From Myxococcota bacterium (GTDB taxonomy: Bacteria > Myxococcota_A > UBA796 > SXON01): a DNA stretch of 64,000 bases. The stretch spans positions 128,001 to 192,000 of the forward strand of contig JAZKFH010000032.1 of assembly GCA_040386535.1 (NCBI GenBank), written 5' to 3'. Of this stretch, positions 51,262 to 59,652 are shown piece after piece (within the stretch, counting starts at the first letter, position 1; each line of letters opens with the position of its first letter). The notes under the pieces were generated by a model. That model saw only the letters and a list, made by a program, of their open reading frames with translations, did not search any database and had not been told where the DNA came from. The translations under genes and the position numbers were made by a program.

Positions 51262-51959
51262 GGGGCGGAGGCCTCCCCGGTGCCGACCGTGGTGGCGGGG
51301 AGCGTGGTCGACGCGCCGACCTCGAGCCGGGTCAGGCCGCCGCGGGACACCCGGAGCGTGACGGACTCGTCGGCGCCGCGGCCGAGGGCGCGCTTGTTGA
51401 CGATGCGGAGCGCGACGTAGCCGTCGGCGAAGTCCGCCGCGGGGTTGGCGACCCAGCCGCGCGGCGAGAACACGATCGCGTCGGCGTTGTCGGTGCCGGG
51501 ACCGAGGAGCGTCGGCCAGCGCGCGAGGCTCACATGCGGGGTCTCGTCCGCGCCGCCGGGGGAGAGGCTGCGCTCGCCCTCGGAGCTGTCCGTGCCGTCG
51601 TCGATCGGGAGCGTGTCCCACTCGACGCTCGCGGTGCTGCGGTCACCCGCCTGCAACAGCCACTCGCCGACCTGCACGTCAGCGGGATCGAGGGCGTCAT
51701 CCGCCACGGTGAACACGATGCGGGTCTCCCGGTTGGTCGCGATCGCGGTCGCGCGGAGCGACTGGAGATCGGCGTGCAACATTCGCGCGGCCTTCATCAT
51801 GCGGAAGCGGTCGACCTCGGGTTGAATCGTGGACCACCCCATCCCGGCGAGGATCCCGATGATGGCGATCGCCACCACGAGCTCCACGAGACTGTGGCCC
51901 GACCTTGACCTTGCAAGAACCGATCCTACGCGATCCGCCGCCTCGTCTCGTTCTGTCAC
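51258..51959 (-). CDS. fimU: Minor pilin FimU/FimT (GspH-like)
   Basis: G|HSLVELVVAIAIIGILA, A..L.ADLQ..R..AI and IVFSPRG; first gene of the minor pilin cluster. Start (GTG 51959) uncertain. Confidence 0.8.
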   Translation of the reverse strand: MTERDEAADRVGSVLARSRSGHSLVELVVAIAIIGILAGMGWSTIQPEVDRFRMMKAARMLHADLQSLRATAIATNRETRIVFTVADDALDPADVQVGEWLLQAGDRSTASVEWDTLPIDDGTDSSEGERSLSPGGADETPHVSLARWPTLLGPGTDNADAIVFSPRGWVANPAADFADGYVALRIVNKRALGRGADESVTLRVSRGGLTRLEVGASTTLPATTVGTGEASAP

Positions 51960-51978
51960 GGGTGGGGATGGGAAAAAA

Positions 51979-52857
51979 CTACCCACCTGGGAGTTTCCTT
52001 CCCAGGCTCTCGGCGGACACCCGCTCGCCCGGGCACTCATCGTCCACGCCACCGCGCCGTTGGCGGACGGCACGCCGCGCGGAGACGAGCTCCGGGAGCG
52101 GCACGCCGGTGGCCTCGGCGTCGTCCAGCGCGCGGTCCGCCTCGACCAGCCACGTGTAGACCGGCGGGGCGGTGCCTCCACAATCCGCGGGGTCGACGCG
52201 ACCGCCCGTGGCCGCGAGGATCGCCCGGGCGCGGGTGAGCTGCGCCAGGGCGCGGCCGCGATCGTCGTCCTCGGCGAGCGCCACGGCTCGGGTGGCCGCC
52301 TCCAGCGCCTCCTCCGGCCGCCCGACCACCACGAGCGCCTCGCCGAGCGCCTGTTGGAACGCGGCGCGCTCGGGGTGCTCGGTTGCGAGGGCCGTGAACG
52401 TCGTGACCGCCGCGTCCGCTGCCCCGCTCGAAAGATCGAGCAGGCCGAGGCTGTGACGCACCGCCACGTCGCCCGGGGCGCGCGCGAGCGCCTCCTCGAA
52501 CCGGCGCCGGGCGAGAGTGGGGTTGCCCTCCGCCATCGCGACGCTGCCGAGGCCCTTGTAGCCGAGGGGGCTCTGCGGATGGGCCTCGACACACTGCTGG
52601 AAGGCCTCGCGCGCGGCGTCGGTCTCGGCGGCGAGGTGCAGGGTCCACCCGAGGCCGTACAGCGCGTCGGCGCGCCCCGGATCGTCCGCCAGCACCGCGC
52701 GCCACGCGGCCTCGGCCGCCACGAGGTCGGACCTGTCGAGCGCGTGCTGGGCGGCGGCCACGCGCCGGGCCACCGAGGTGAGCCGCAGGCCCAGGACGGC
52801 GGCGAGCGCGACGGCGGCGAACACCCCGGCAATCACGACTCGACGGGCCTGCGTCAC
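51979..52857 (-). CDS. Membrane-anchored TPR protein
   Basis: N-terminal TM/signal, TPRs (DPGRADALYGLG, HPQSPLGYKGLG) and a C-terminal Cys pair. GTGA overlap with the regulator. Confidence 0.75.
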   Translation of the reverse strand: MTQARRVVIAGVFAAVALAAVLGLRLTSVARRVAAAQHALDRSDLVAAEAAWRAVLADDPGRADALYGLGWTLHLAAETDAAREAFQQCVEAHPQSPLGYKGLGSVAMAEGNPTLARRRFEEALARAPGDVAVRHSLGLLDLSSGAADAAVTTFTALATEHPERAAFQQALGEALVVVGRPEEALEAATRAVALAEDDDRGRALAQLTRARAILAATGGRVDPADCGGTAPPVYTWLVEADRALDDAEATGVPLPELVSARRAVRQRRGGVDDECPGERVSAESLGRKLPGG

Positions 52858-54227
52858 GGCTCGATCCCGTACTCGCGGATCTTGTAGAGCAGCGTCTTGT
52901 AGGCGATCTCGAGCACGCGGGCGGCGGCCGCCTTGTTGCCCTCCGACTGCACGAGCGCCCGCTCGATGAGGCGCCGCTCCAGGGCGGCCACCTGCACGGG
53001 GATCGAGAGATCCTCCCCGCTCGGCGGGCCCCTCCGGAGCTCGGACTGTGCCGCGGGCACGCGCAGCTCGCGCGGCAGATCCTCGGGGGTGATGACACGA
53101 CCGTCGCACACCAGCAGCGCGCGTTCCAGCGCGTTCTCCAGCTGCCGCACGTTCCCCGGCCACCCGTGCGCGAGGAGGATCCGGAGCGTCTCGTCGGGGA
53201 GCACGGGCCGGGGGAGCCGCATGCGCACCGCCAGCGCGCCGAGCAGGTGCTCGACGAGCAGCGGGATGTCCTCCGCGCGTTCGCGCAGCGGCGGGATGTG
53301 CAGATGCACGACGGCGAGCCGGTAGAAGAGGTCCTCGCGGAAGCGCGGCGGCGCGAGCGGCTGGGCGGAGGCGGCCACGATGCGCACGTCGACCGCCTGG
53401 TCCGCGCGGGCGCCGAGGCGGCGCACCATCCCGTCTTCGAGCACGCGGAGGAGCTTGCTCTGGAGCGGCGGGGGCAGATCCCCGATCTCGTCGAGGAACA
53501 ACGTGCCCTTGTCCGCCTGCTCGAACAGGCCGGGGTGCGCCTGGACCGCGCCGGTGAACGCGCCGCGCATGTGCCCGAACAGCTCGCTCTCCAGCAGGGC
53601 CTCGGGGATGGCGGCGCAGTTGATCGCGACCCACGGCCCCTTGGCGCGCGGCGAGAGGCGATGGAGCGCGCGGGCGAGCAGCTCCTTCCCGGTCCCGCTC
53701 TCGCCCGACAGGAGCACCGTGGAGTCGTGGCGCGCGGCGCGCCCGAGCACCCTCAGCAGCTCCCCGATCGCGGGGGAACGGCCGACGAAGCCCTCGACCG
53801 GCTCCCCGACACGCTCCTGGAGCCGCGCGTTCTCCACGGCGAGGCGCCCCCGATCGGCCGAGAGGGCCTCGCGCTCGGCGAGCTTCCGCAGCGTCAGGAC
53901 GATCTCGTCCGCCTTGAACGGCTTGGACACGTAATCGTAGGCCCCGCGCCGCATCGCCTCGAGCGCGGTGTCGACGGTGCCGTAGGCGCTCATCATCACG
54001 ACCGGCGGGGCCCCGGGCGGCAGCGCGCCGAGGAACGTGAGCCCGTCCATCTCGGGCATCCGCACGTCGCAGAGCACCACGTCCGCCTCGCCGAGCCGCG
54101 CGAGCGCCTCGCGCCCGTTCGCCGCCACGACCACGCCGTAGCCGGCACGTCCGAGGATGAGGGTGAGGAGGTGACGGAGGTTCTCCTCGTCGTCGACCAC
54201 CAGCACGCGGAGGGGGGAGTCGGGCAC
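52854..54227 (-). CDS. Sigma54-dependent NtrC/PilR-family response regulator
   Basis: REC domain (VVDDE, CDVRMP, KPF), GESGTGKE, GAFTGA, LFLDEIG, WPGNVRQLEN and a Fis-type HTH. Confidence 0.95.
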   Translation of the reverse strand: MPDSPLRVLVVDDEENLRHLLTLILGRAGYGVVVAANGREALARLGEADVVLCDVRMPEMDGLTFLGALPPGAPPVVMMSAYGTVDTALEAMRRGAYDYVSKPFKADEIVLTLRKLAEREALSADRGRLAVENARLQERVGEPVEGFVGRSPAIGELLRVLGRAARHDSTVLLSGESGTGKELLARALHRLSPRAKGPWVAINCAAIPEALLESELFGHMRGAFTGAVQAHPGLFEQADKGTLFLDEIGDLPPPLQSKLLRVLEDGMVRRLGARADQAVDVRIVAASAQPLAPPRFREDLFYRLAVVHLHIPPLRERAEDIPLLVEHLLGALAVRMRLPRPVLPDETLRILLAHGWPGNVRQLENALERALLVCDGRVITPEDLPRELRVPAAQSELRRGPPSGEDLSIPVQVAALERRLIERALVQSEGNKAAAARVLEIAYKTLLYKIREYGIEP

Positions 54228-54230
54228 TCG

Positions 54231-54281
54231 GCGGATGATACCGGAGGGCGGATGATACCGGAGCGCGGATGATACCGGAGC
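54231..54281. repeat. Tandem repeat of 3 x 17 bp (GCGGATGATACCGGAG[G/C]) in a divergent intergenic region
   Basis: Units at 54231-54247, 54248-54264 and 54265-54281, read directly from the sequence. Confidence 0.95.
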
Positions 54282-54286
54282 GGTGC

Positions 54287-55588
54287 GTGCCCCGCCTCCT
54301 CCAGCTCGTTCACGGCTACCCCCCGGCGCAGGCCGCGGGGACCGAACAATACGCGCGCCGCCTCGCGGACGGCCTGCGCGCGCGCGGGTGGGACGTGCAC
54401 ACGCTGGCGGTCGCCCCCGCGCCCGGCGCCGCCCCCTACGCGGTCACCGAGGCCCCCGGCCTCACCCGGGTCGCCAACAACGCGCCCTACGCGGGGCTCC
54501 GGCGCGGGGCGTCCGACCCGGCGATCGATCGCGTGGTGGCCGATCTCGCGGGGCGCTTCCGCCCCGACATCGTGCACGTGCAGCACCTCACGTCGCTCTC
54601 CACCACCTTCCGGGTCGACGCGCCCGTGGTGTGGACCCTGCACGACGCCTGGGCGTGGTGCCCGGCGGGCGGGCTGCTGCTTCGAGAAGCGCCTGGGCAC
54701 CCCGAGAAGCGGCCCTGCGACGGCCCCGGCGCCGCCTGCGCCGCGTGCGCATCCGGCTGGGCGCGCGACACCCCCGCCCTCACCCGCGCGTTGGGCGTGG
54801 CGGGGCGCGCCGGCCGCCACGTCGATCCCGCGCGCCTCCAGGCCCTCTGGCGCCGCCTCCCCGGCGGACTCCGCGGCCGCCTCGTCGGCGGTGCCGCGCC
54901 TCCTCTCACCCCCGCGCACCTCGCCCGCCGCGACGCCGCCATCCGCGCCTTCGCGTCGTCTTGCGCGCACATCATCAGCCCCAGCCGGTGGCTCGCCGAC
55001 GCGGCCGTGGCCCAGGGCTTCCCCGCCCCCACGGTCATCCCGCACGGCGTCGACCCGGTCACCCCGCGCCACCCCGACGCCGCGCGCGGCCCCTTCCTGT
55101 TCCTCGGCACGCTCGCCGCGCACAAGGGCCCCCACCTCGTCCGGGCCGCGTGGCGCGCGTCCGGCGTCGACGTGCCTTTGCGCGTGCACGGCCCCCCCGG
55201 CTCCGACGCCGCCTACGTCGCGGGGCTCCCCAACGACGGCCCGCTCGACGCCGCCGACGTGCCCCACCACCTGTCACGCGCCCGCGCGCTCGTGCTCGGC
55301 TCGCTCTGGCCGGAGAACGCCCCGCTCGTGATTCTCGAGGCGCGCGCCGCGGGCTGCCCGGTCGTGGCCCCGGACATCGGCGGGATCCGCGAGCTCGTGA
55401 CCCCCGGGGTGGACGGGTGGTTGTACCCCCCGGGCGACGAGGCCGCGCTCGCCGAATGCCTGCGTGCCGCCGCGCTCGCGACGCTCCCCGTCTCGCCGCC
55501 GCCCCGCTTCTCCACCCACCTCGATCGCGTCGCGTTGCTCTACCAGTCGGTCGGTGGAGCCCGTACCCGTCGCGTCGGCGGCGTATAA
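54287..55588 (+). CDS. GT4 family glycosyltransferase (ExpE7-like)
   Basis: HGYPP...GTE, PDIVHVQH, TLHDAW..C, HKG and S.WPENAPLVILEA. Start probably GTG 54287. Confidence 0.88.
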   Translation: MPRLLQLVHGYPPAQAAGTEQYARRLADGLRARGWDVHTLAVAPAPGAAPYAVTEAPGLTRVANNAPYAGLRRGASDPAIDRVVADLAGRFRPDIVHVQHLTSLSTTFRVDAPVVWTLHDAWAWCPAGGLLLREAPGHPEKRPCDGPGAACAACASGWARDTPALTRALGVAGRAGRHVDPARLQALWRRLPGGLRGRLVGGAAPPLTPAHLARRDAAIRAFASSCAHIISPSRWLADAAVAQGFPAPTVIPHGVDPVTPRHPDAARGPFLFLGTLAAHKGPHLVRAAWRASGVDVPLRVHGPPGSDAAYVAGLPNDGPLDAADVPHHLSRARALVLGSLWPENAPLVILEARAAGCPVVAPDIGGIRELVTPGVDGWLYPPGDEAALAECLRAAALATLPVSPPPRFSTHLDRVALLYQSVGGARTRRVGGV

Positions 55589-55614
55589 GGAAGGTTCGAT
55601 CGGAAAGGGGAATC

Positions 55615-56049
55615 ATGAGCGACCGCCTGCGCCAGCTCGCCGACCGCGTCAGCGACTTCCTCGTGCGCATGGACATCGATCCGGACCGCAACCCCGAGGG
55701 CATCTTCCTGCTGAAGTACGGCTCCACCGTCGTGATGGTGTCGATCTTCGAGGACGACACCCACGTCTTCGTGCGGTTCGCGTCGACCCTGCTCTCGGGG
55801 GCGCGCCCGCAGCTCGAGCTCGTGATGCGGCTGCTCCGCATGAACACGGAGGTGCTCTTCGGCGCGTTCCTCCTGTTCGAGGACGACGCGGTGTCGTTCA
55901 CCCACACGCTCCTCGGCGACACGCTCTCGTTCGAGGAGTTCAGCCACGCCCTCCAGTACGTGGCGCGGGTGAGCGACGATCACGACGAGGAGCTCCAGGC
56001 GCTCGCCGGCGGGCAGCGGGCGGAGGAGATCCTGGCCGGAGACGGATGA
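55615..56049 (+). CDS. YbjN / type III secretion chaperone-like domain protein
   Basis: YGST.V.V, LLRMN....GAF and VA..SD..D.EL...GG pattern. ATG 55615 follows an AAGGGG SD. Confidence 0.72.
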   Translation: MSDRLRQLADRVSDFLVRMDIDPDRNPEGIFLLKYGSTVVMVSIFEDDTHVFVRFASTLLSGARPQLELVMRLLRMNTEVLFGAFLLFEDDAVSFTHTLLGDTLSFEEFSHALQYVARVSDDHDEELQALAGGQRAEEILAGDG

Positions 56050-56065
56050 CGATTCGCGTGTTGCC

Positions 56066-57280
56066 GTGAGCCTACGTGTCCTGCACGTCGCCCACGGCTG
56101 GCCCCCCGGAAACGTGGGCGGCACCGAGCTCTACGCGGCCGCGCTCGCCGAGGCCCAGCGCGGCGCCGGCGCGATCGTGGCGCACTGGGTCCCCGCCCCC
56201 GCCGGCCCGCTCCGGTTCCGCGAGACGTTCGCCCGCCCCGCGGTGGACGCCGCGTTCGGGAGAGCGGCGACCGAGGCGTTCGCGGGAGAGCGGCCCGACA
56301 TCGTGCACGTGCACCACCTCACCGGCGCGTCGATGGGGATCCCCGCCGTGGCGCGTGGGCTCGGTGCGCGCGTCCTCTTCACGCTGCACGACGCGTGGCT
56401 CGCCTGCGCGCGCGGGCAGCTCGTCGATCGCTCCGGAGCCCGATGCGCGGGCCCGTCCGTCGATCGGTGCGCCCGCTGCCTCGCCCCGGCGGTGTGGGCG
56501 CCGCTGCCCGCGTCGGTGGCCGATCGGCTCCCCCTCCGTCGGGACCTGATCCGCGCTCGGACCGGCGCGCTCGCCGCTCTCCGGGCCTCGGTCGACCTGT
56601 TCCTCTCCCCCTCGCGGCACCTCCCGACGCGGCTCGGGATCTCCGCCACGTGGCTGCCCCTCCCGCTGCTCCGACCGATCGCGCCCGCGCCGCCGAGCCC
56701 CGACGGCCCCGTCCGGTTCCTGTTCCTCGGCGGCCTCCTCCCCACCAAGGGCCCTGCCGTGGCGCTCGAGGCCTTCGCGCGCCTCCCGGCCGGGGCGGCG
56801 ACCCTGCGGATCGTGGGGCCCGCGCTGCCCTACGACGGGCGCACCACCTACGTCGACGCGCTCCGCGCCCGCGTGGAGCAGGTGCCCGGCGCCACGCTCC
56901 TCGGCCCGTGCCCGGCGGACCAGGTGGCCGCGCTCTTCGCCGAGGCGGACGTGCTCCTCTTCCCCAGCACGTGGGAGGAGAACAGCCCGCTGGTGTTGCG
57001 CGAGGCCGCGGCCGCGGGGCTCCGGATCGTCGCGAGCGACGTGCCGGGCGTCACCGAGGTGCTCGGCGAGGCCTCGCGCGACGAGCCCGGGGGCGCCGTG
57101 CGGGTCGAGCCGGGCTCGGTGGACGCCTGGCGGCGGGCGCTCGCGGCCGAGGTACGCAGGGGGCGTGCCCGGGGGCCCGTCCTCGCCACGGAGCCCCTCG
57201 ACGTCCACGCGGCGCGCGTGCTCGCTCTGTACGACGACCTGCTGCACGTGCCGCGGGACGTTCGTGGAGGAGTGCTGTAG
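56066..57280 (+). CDS. GT4 family glycosyltransferase (ExpE7-like)
   Basis: HGWPP..GGTE, PDIVHVHH, TLHDAW..C, KG and PSTWEENSPLVLREA. Confidence 0.88.
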   Translation: MSLRVLHVAHGWPPGNVGGTELYAAALAEAQRGAGAIVAHWVPAPAGPLRFRETFARPAVDAAFGRAATEAFAGERPDIVHVHHLTGASMGIPAVARGLGARVLFTLHDAWLACARGQLVDRSGARCAGPSVDRCARCLAPAVWAPLPASVADRLPLRRDLIRARTGALAALRASVDLFLSPSRHLPTRLGISATWLPLPLLRPIAPAPPSPDGPVRFLFLGGLLPTKGPAVALEAFARLPAGAATLRIVGPALPYDGRTTYVDALRARVEQVPGATLLGPCPADQVAALFAEADVLLFPSTWEENSPLVLREAAAAGLRIVASDVPGVTEVLGEASRDEPGGAVRVEPGSVDAWRRALAAEVRRGRARGPVLATEPLDVHAARVLALYDDLLHVPRDVRGGVL

Positions 57281-57290
57281 ATTCCGCGCC

Positions 57291-58445
57291 ATGGTCCCCA
57301 TCACCTTCGCCCTCTCCACGCTCGCCGTCTCCGCGCTGGTCCCCTCCGCACGCGCCGCCGATGACGCCTGCTTCGCCTGCTGCCAGGCGGGCGGCCTCGC
57401 CAGCTGCAAGGCCGAGATCCGCGTCTACGGAGAGGGCGCCCGGGTGGCGCGCGAGGGCGCGGTGTGGCGCGTCGTCGGGCTCTGGGAGATCGGCTGCGAC
57501 GGGGTGGGCGTCTTCGACGCCGGCGCCACCGTGGTCCTCGACCATGCCCCGCTCGTGGGCGAGTTGATCATGCAGGCGCTCAACCCGCTCCAGGTCCACT
57601 GCTTCACGCAGGCGTGCGCCCTCCCCGCCACCACCTGCGTCACCCCGTCCGACGATCTCGGGCGCTTCTTCCTGCTCGACTGTGACACCGAGCTGCCGGT
57701 CGACGGCATCACGCTGTCCGACGTGAAGCCCGTCACCCGCTTGCCGAGCACCAAGGTGGTCGTGGTCGACGGGCGGCCCCTCGTCGTCCAGCCGGTCAGC
57801 GGCAGCGCGTTCGCTCCGGGCACGACGAACGGGGCCCACGCACCCGCACGGTCGGGGAGCCCGCGCATCGCCCCGATCGGCGCCGCGACCCCGGAGGCGA
57901 GGGTGCCGGTGGCGAGCGTGCCTGCTCCCGCGCCGGTCCCCGTGTACACGCCCGCACCCCCTCCAGTCGCGCCCGCGCCGCCCGTCGCCGCGCCGCAGCC
58001 CCCGCCGAGCAGCGATCCGATGGCCGCCCTTGCCGCCACCCTCCCCGCCGACCCGCCCACCGCCTGCAAGCCCCCCGCCGACGCCCTGCGTGGCGAGGCA
58101 CGCAAGCGCGTCGACTCCGGCGATGACCGCCGCATCAAGAAGGACGCGCTCGGGGCCCTCCAGGAATACCGCGCGGCCCTCACCATGGACCCGTGCAACG
58201 CCTACGCGTGGAACGGCATCGGGGACATCGCCAACGAGGCCGCCCGGCCCGACCTCGCCGTGCGCGCGCTGCGCAACACCACGCGCCTGCTCCCCGGCCA
58301 TTACGGCGCGTGGACGATGCTCGGGCGCAACTACGAGGCGCTCCGCCAGAACGTCCTCGCGGCCGAGGCCTACGCACAGGCGCTTCAGCTCAGGCCGGGC
58401 CTCCCCGAGGCGCTCGACGGCTGGCGACGGACCGCCGCCCCGTAG
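57291..58445 (+). CDS. Secreted Cys-rich protein with Pro-rich linker and C-terminal TPRs
   Basis: Signal peptide ending ARA, Cys-rich N-domain, PAPAP linker and TPRs (MDPCNAYAWNGIG, LPGHYGAW). Start ATG 57291. Confidence 0.7.
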   Translation: MVPITFALSTLAVSALVPSARAADDACFACCQAGGLASCKAEIRVYGEGARVAREGAVWRVVGLWEIGCDGVGVFDAGATVVLDHAPLVGELIMQALNPLQVHCFTQACALPATTCVTPSDDLGRFFLLDCDTELPVDGITLSDVKPVTRLPSTKVVVVDGRPLVVQPVSGSAFAPGTTNGAHAPARSGSPRIAPIGAATPEARVPVASVPAPAPVPVYTPAPPPVAPAPPVAAPQPPPSSDPMAALAATLPADPPTACKPPADALRGEARKRVDSGDDRRIKKDALGALQEYRAALTMDPCNAYAWNGIGDIANEAARPDLAVRALRNTTRLLPGHYGAWTMLGRNYEALRQNVLAAEAYAQALQLRPGLPEALDGWRRTAAP

Positions 58446-58490
58446 TCCCGGGGCCCCGCCGCCTCCTGCCCCGTGTTACCCGCGGTCCTC

Positions 58491-59210
58491 ATGGACCCCG
58501 TACTTCCCGTCTACCTGGCCTCCGTCGCCGCGGCGGACGACGGCTTCTCGATCTTCGCCCTCGTGCTCGAGGCCGACTTCGTCGTGCAGTCGGTGCTCTT
58601 CCTGCTCCTGGCGATGTCCGTGGCCTGCTGGGCCATCATCCTGAACAAGTACCTCGCGGTACGGCGCGCCTCGGTGCAGTCCCAGGCGTTCCTCGACGCC
58701 TTCTGGAAGGCGCCGGCGCTCGAGGACATCTACGCGCGGCTGGGGCGGTACCCGAGCGCACCCGTCGGCGCGGTGTTCAAGTCCGGGTATGACGAGCTTG
58801 AACGCCTCACGACGGCGACCGCCGCGGGCGGCATGGATCTCGGCCTGACCGAGAACATCGAGCGCGCGCTCCGGCGCACCGCGAACACCGAGCTGAACCG
58901 GCTCGAGAGCCTCATCCCGATCCTCGCCACCACCGGCTCGACCGGCCCCTTCATCGGGTTGTTCGGCACGGTGTGGGGCATCCTGCGCGCGTTCCAGAAG
59001 ATCGGCGTCACGGGCCAGGCCTCCATCCAGACCGTCGGGCCCGACATCGCGCACGCGCTGGTCGCCACGGCGGTGGGCCTGCTCGCCGCCATCCCCGCCG
59101 TCATGGCGTACAACTTCTTCAACAGCCGCATCCGGGGAATCGCGAGCGAGATGGACGCGTTCTCGTCCGACTTCCTCAACATCGTGAAGCGCCACTACCG
59201 GGGCCGTTGA
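58491..59210 (+). CDS. tolQ: Tol system protein TolQ (MotA/TolQ/ExbB family)
   Basis: LATTGSTGPFIGLFGTVWGI and ALVATA.GL.AAIPAV.AYN. Confidence 0.93.
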   Translation: MDPVLPVYLASVAAADDGFSIFALVLEADFVVQSVLFLLLAMSVACWAIILNKYLAVRRASVQSQAFLDAFWKAPALEDIYARLGRYPSAPVGAVFKSGYDELERLTTATAAGGMDLGLTENIERALRRTANTELNRLESLIPILATTGSTGPFIGLFGTVWGILRAFQKIGVTGQASIQTVGPDIAHALVATAVGLLAAIPAVMAYNFFNSRIRGIASEMDAFSSDFLNIVKRHYRGR

Positions 59211-59211
59211 G

Positions 59212-59649
59212 ATGGGAATGAGCGGCCCCTCGCGCGACGGCGGGATGATGGCGGACATCAATGTGACGCCCTTCGTCGACGTCATGCTCGTCCTCCTGAT
59301 CATCTTCATGGTGACCGCGCCGATGATGACCACGGGCGTGGCGCTGGAGCTGCCGCACGCGGAGGCGCCTTCGCTCGCGGTCGACGAGGAGCAGCTCGTC
59401 CTCTCGGTCACCGCCGACGAGACGTACTACCTCGGCAAGAACGTGTTCCCGTTGGACGAGCTCAAGGTGAAGCTCGCGGCGATCGCCAAGGAGAACCCGG
59501 ATCAGCAGGTGTTCGTGCGCGCGGACGGCACGCTCGCCTACGAGAAGGTGCTCCAGCTGCTCGCCGTGGCGCAGAACGCCGGCGTGGCGAAGGTGGGCCT
59601 CGTGACACAGCCCGGCCCGGTCTCCGAAGGCCTGGGCGAGGCGCCGTAG
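59212..59649 (+). CDS. tolR: Tol system protein TolR (ExbD/TolR family)
   Basis: INVTPFVDVMLVLLIIFMVTAP, VRAD and GV.KVGLVT. Confidence 0.93.
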   Translation: MGMSGPSRDGGMMADINVTPFVDVMLVLLIIFMVTAPMMTTGVALELPHAEAPSLAVDEEQLVLSVTADETYYLGKNVFPLDELKVKLAAIAKENPDQQVFVRADGTLAYEKVLQLLAVAQNAGVAKVGLVTQPGPVSEGLGEAP

Positions 59650-59652
59650 CCG

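Noticed and set aside
51912..51927. Sigma54-like -24/-12 motif (AGGATC-GGTTC-TTGCA, minus strand) near the fimU start
   Set aside because: The match to TGGCAC is weak, and a transcript starting there would contain no start codon before the prepilin cleavage site. It is probably coincidental coding sequence.
54231..54281. Possible mini-CRISPR array
   Set aside because: The 17-bp units are directly adjacent with no spacers, and no cas genes are present. It is a tandem repeat.
55615..56049. Evidence for a type III secretion system from the chaperone-like gene
   Set aside because: No T3SS structural genes are in the window, and YbjN-like proteins occur widely without a T3SS.
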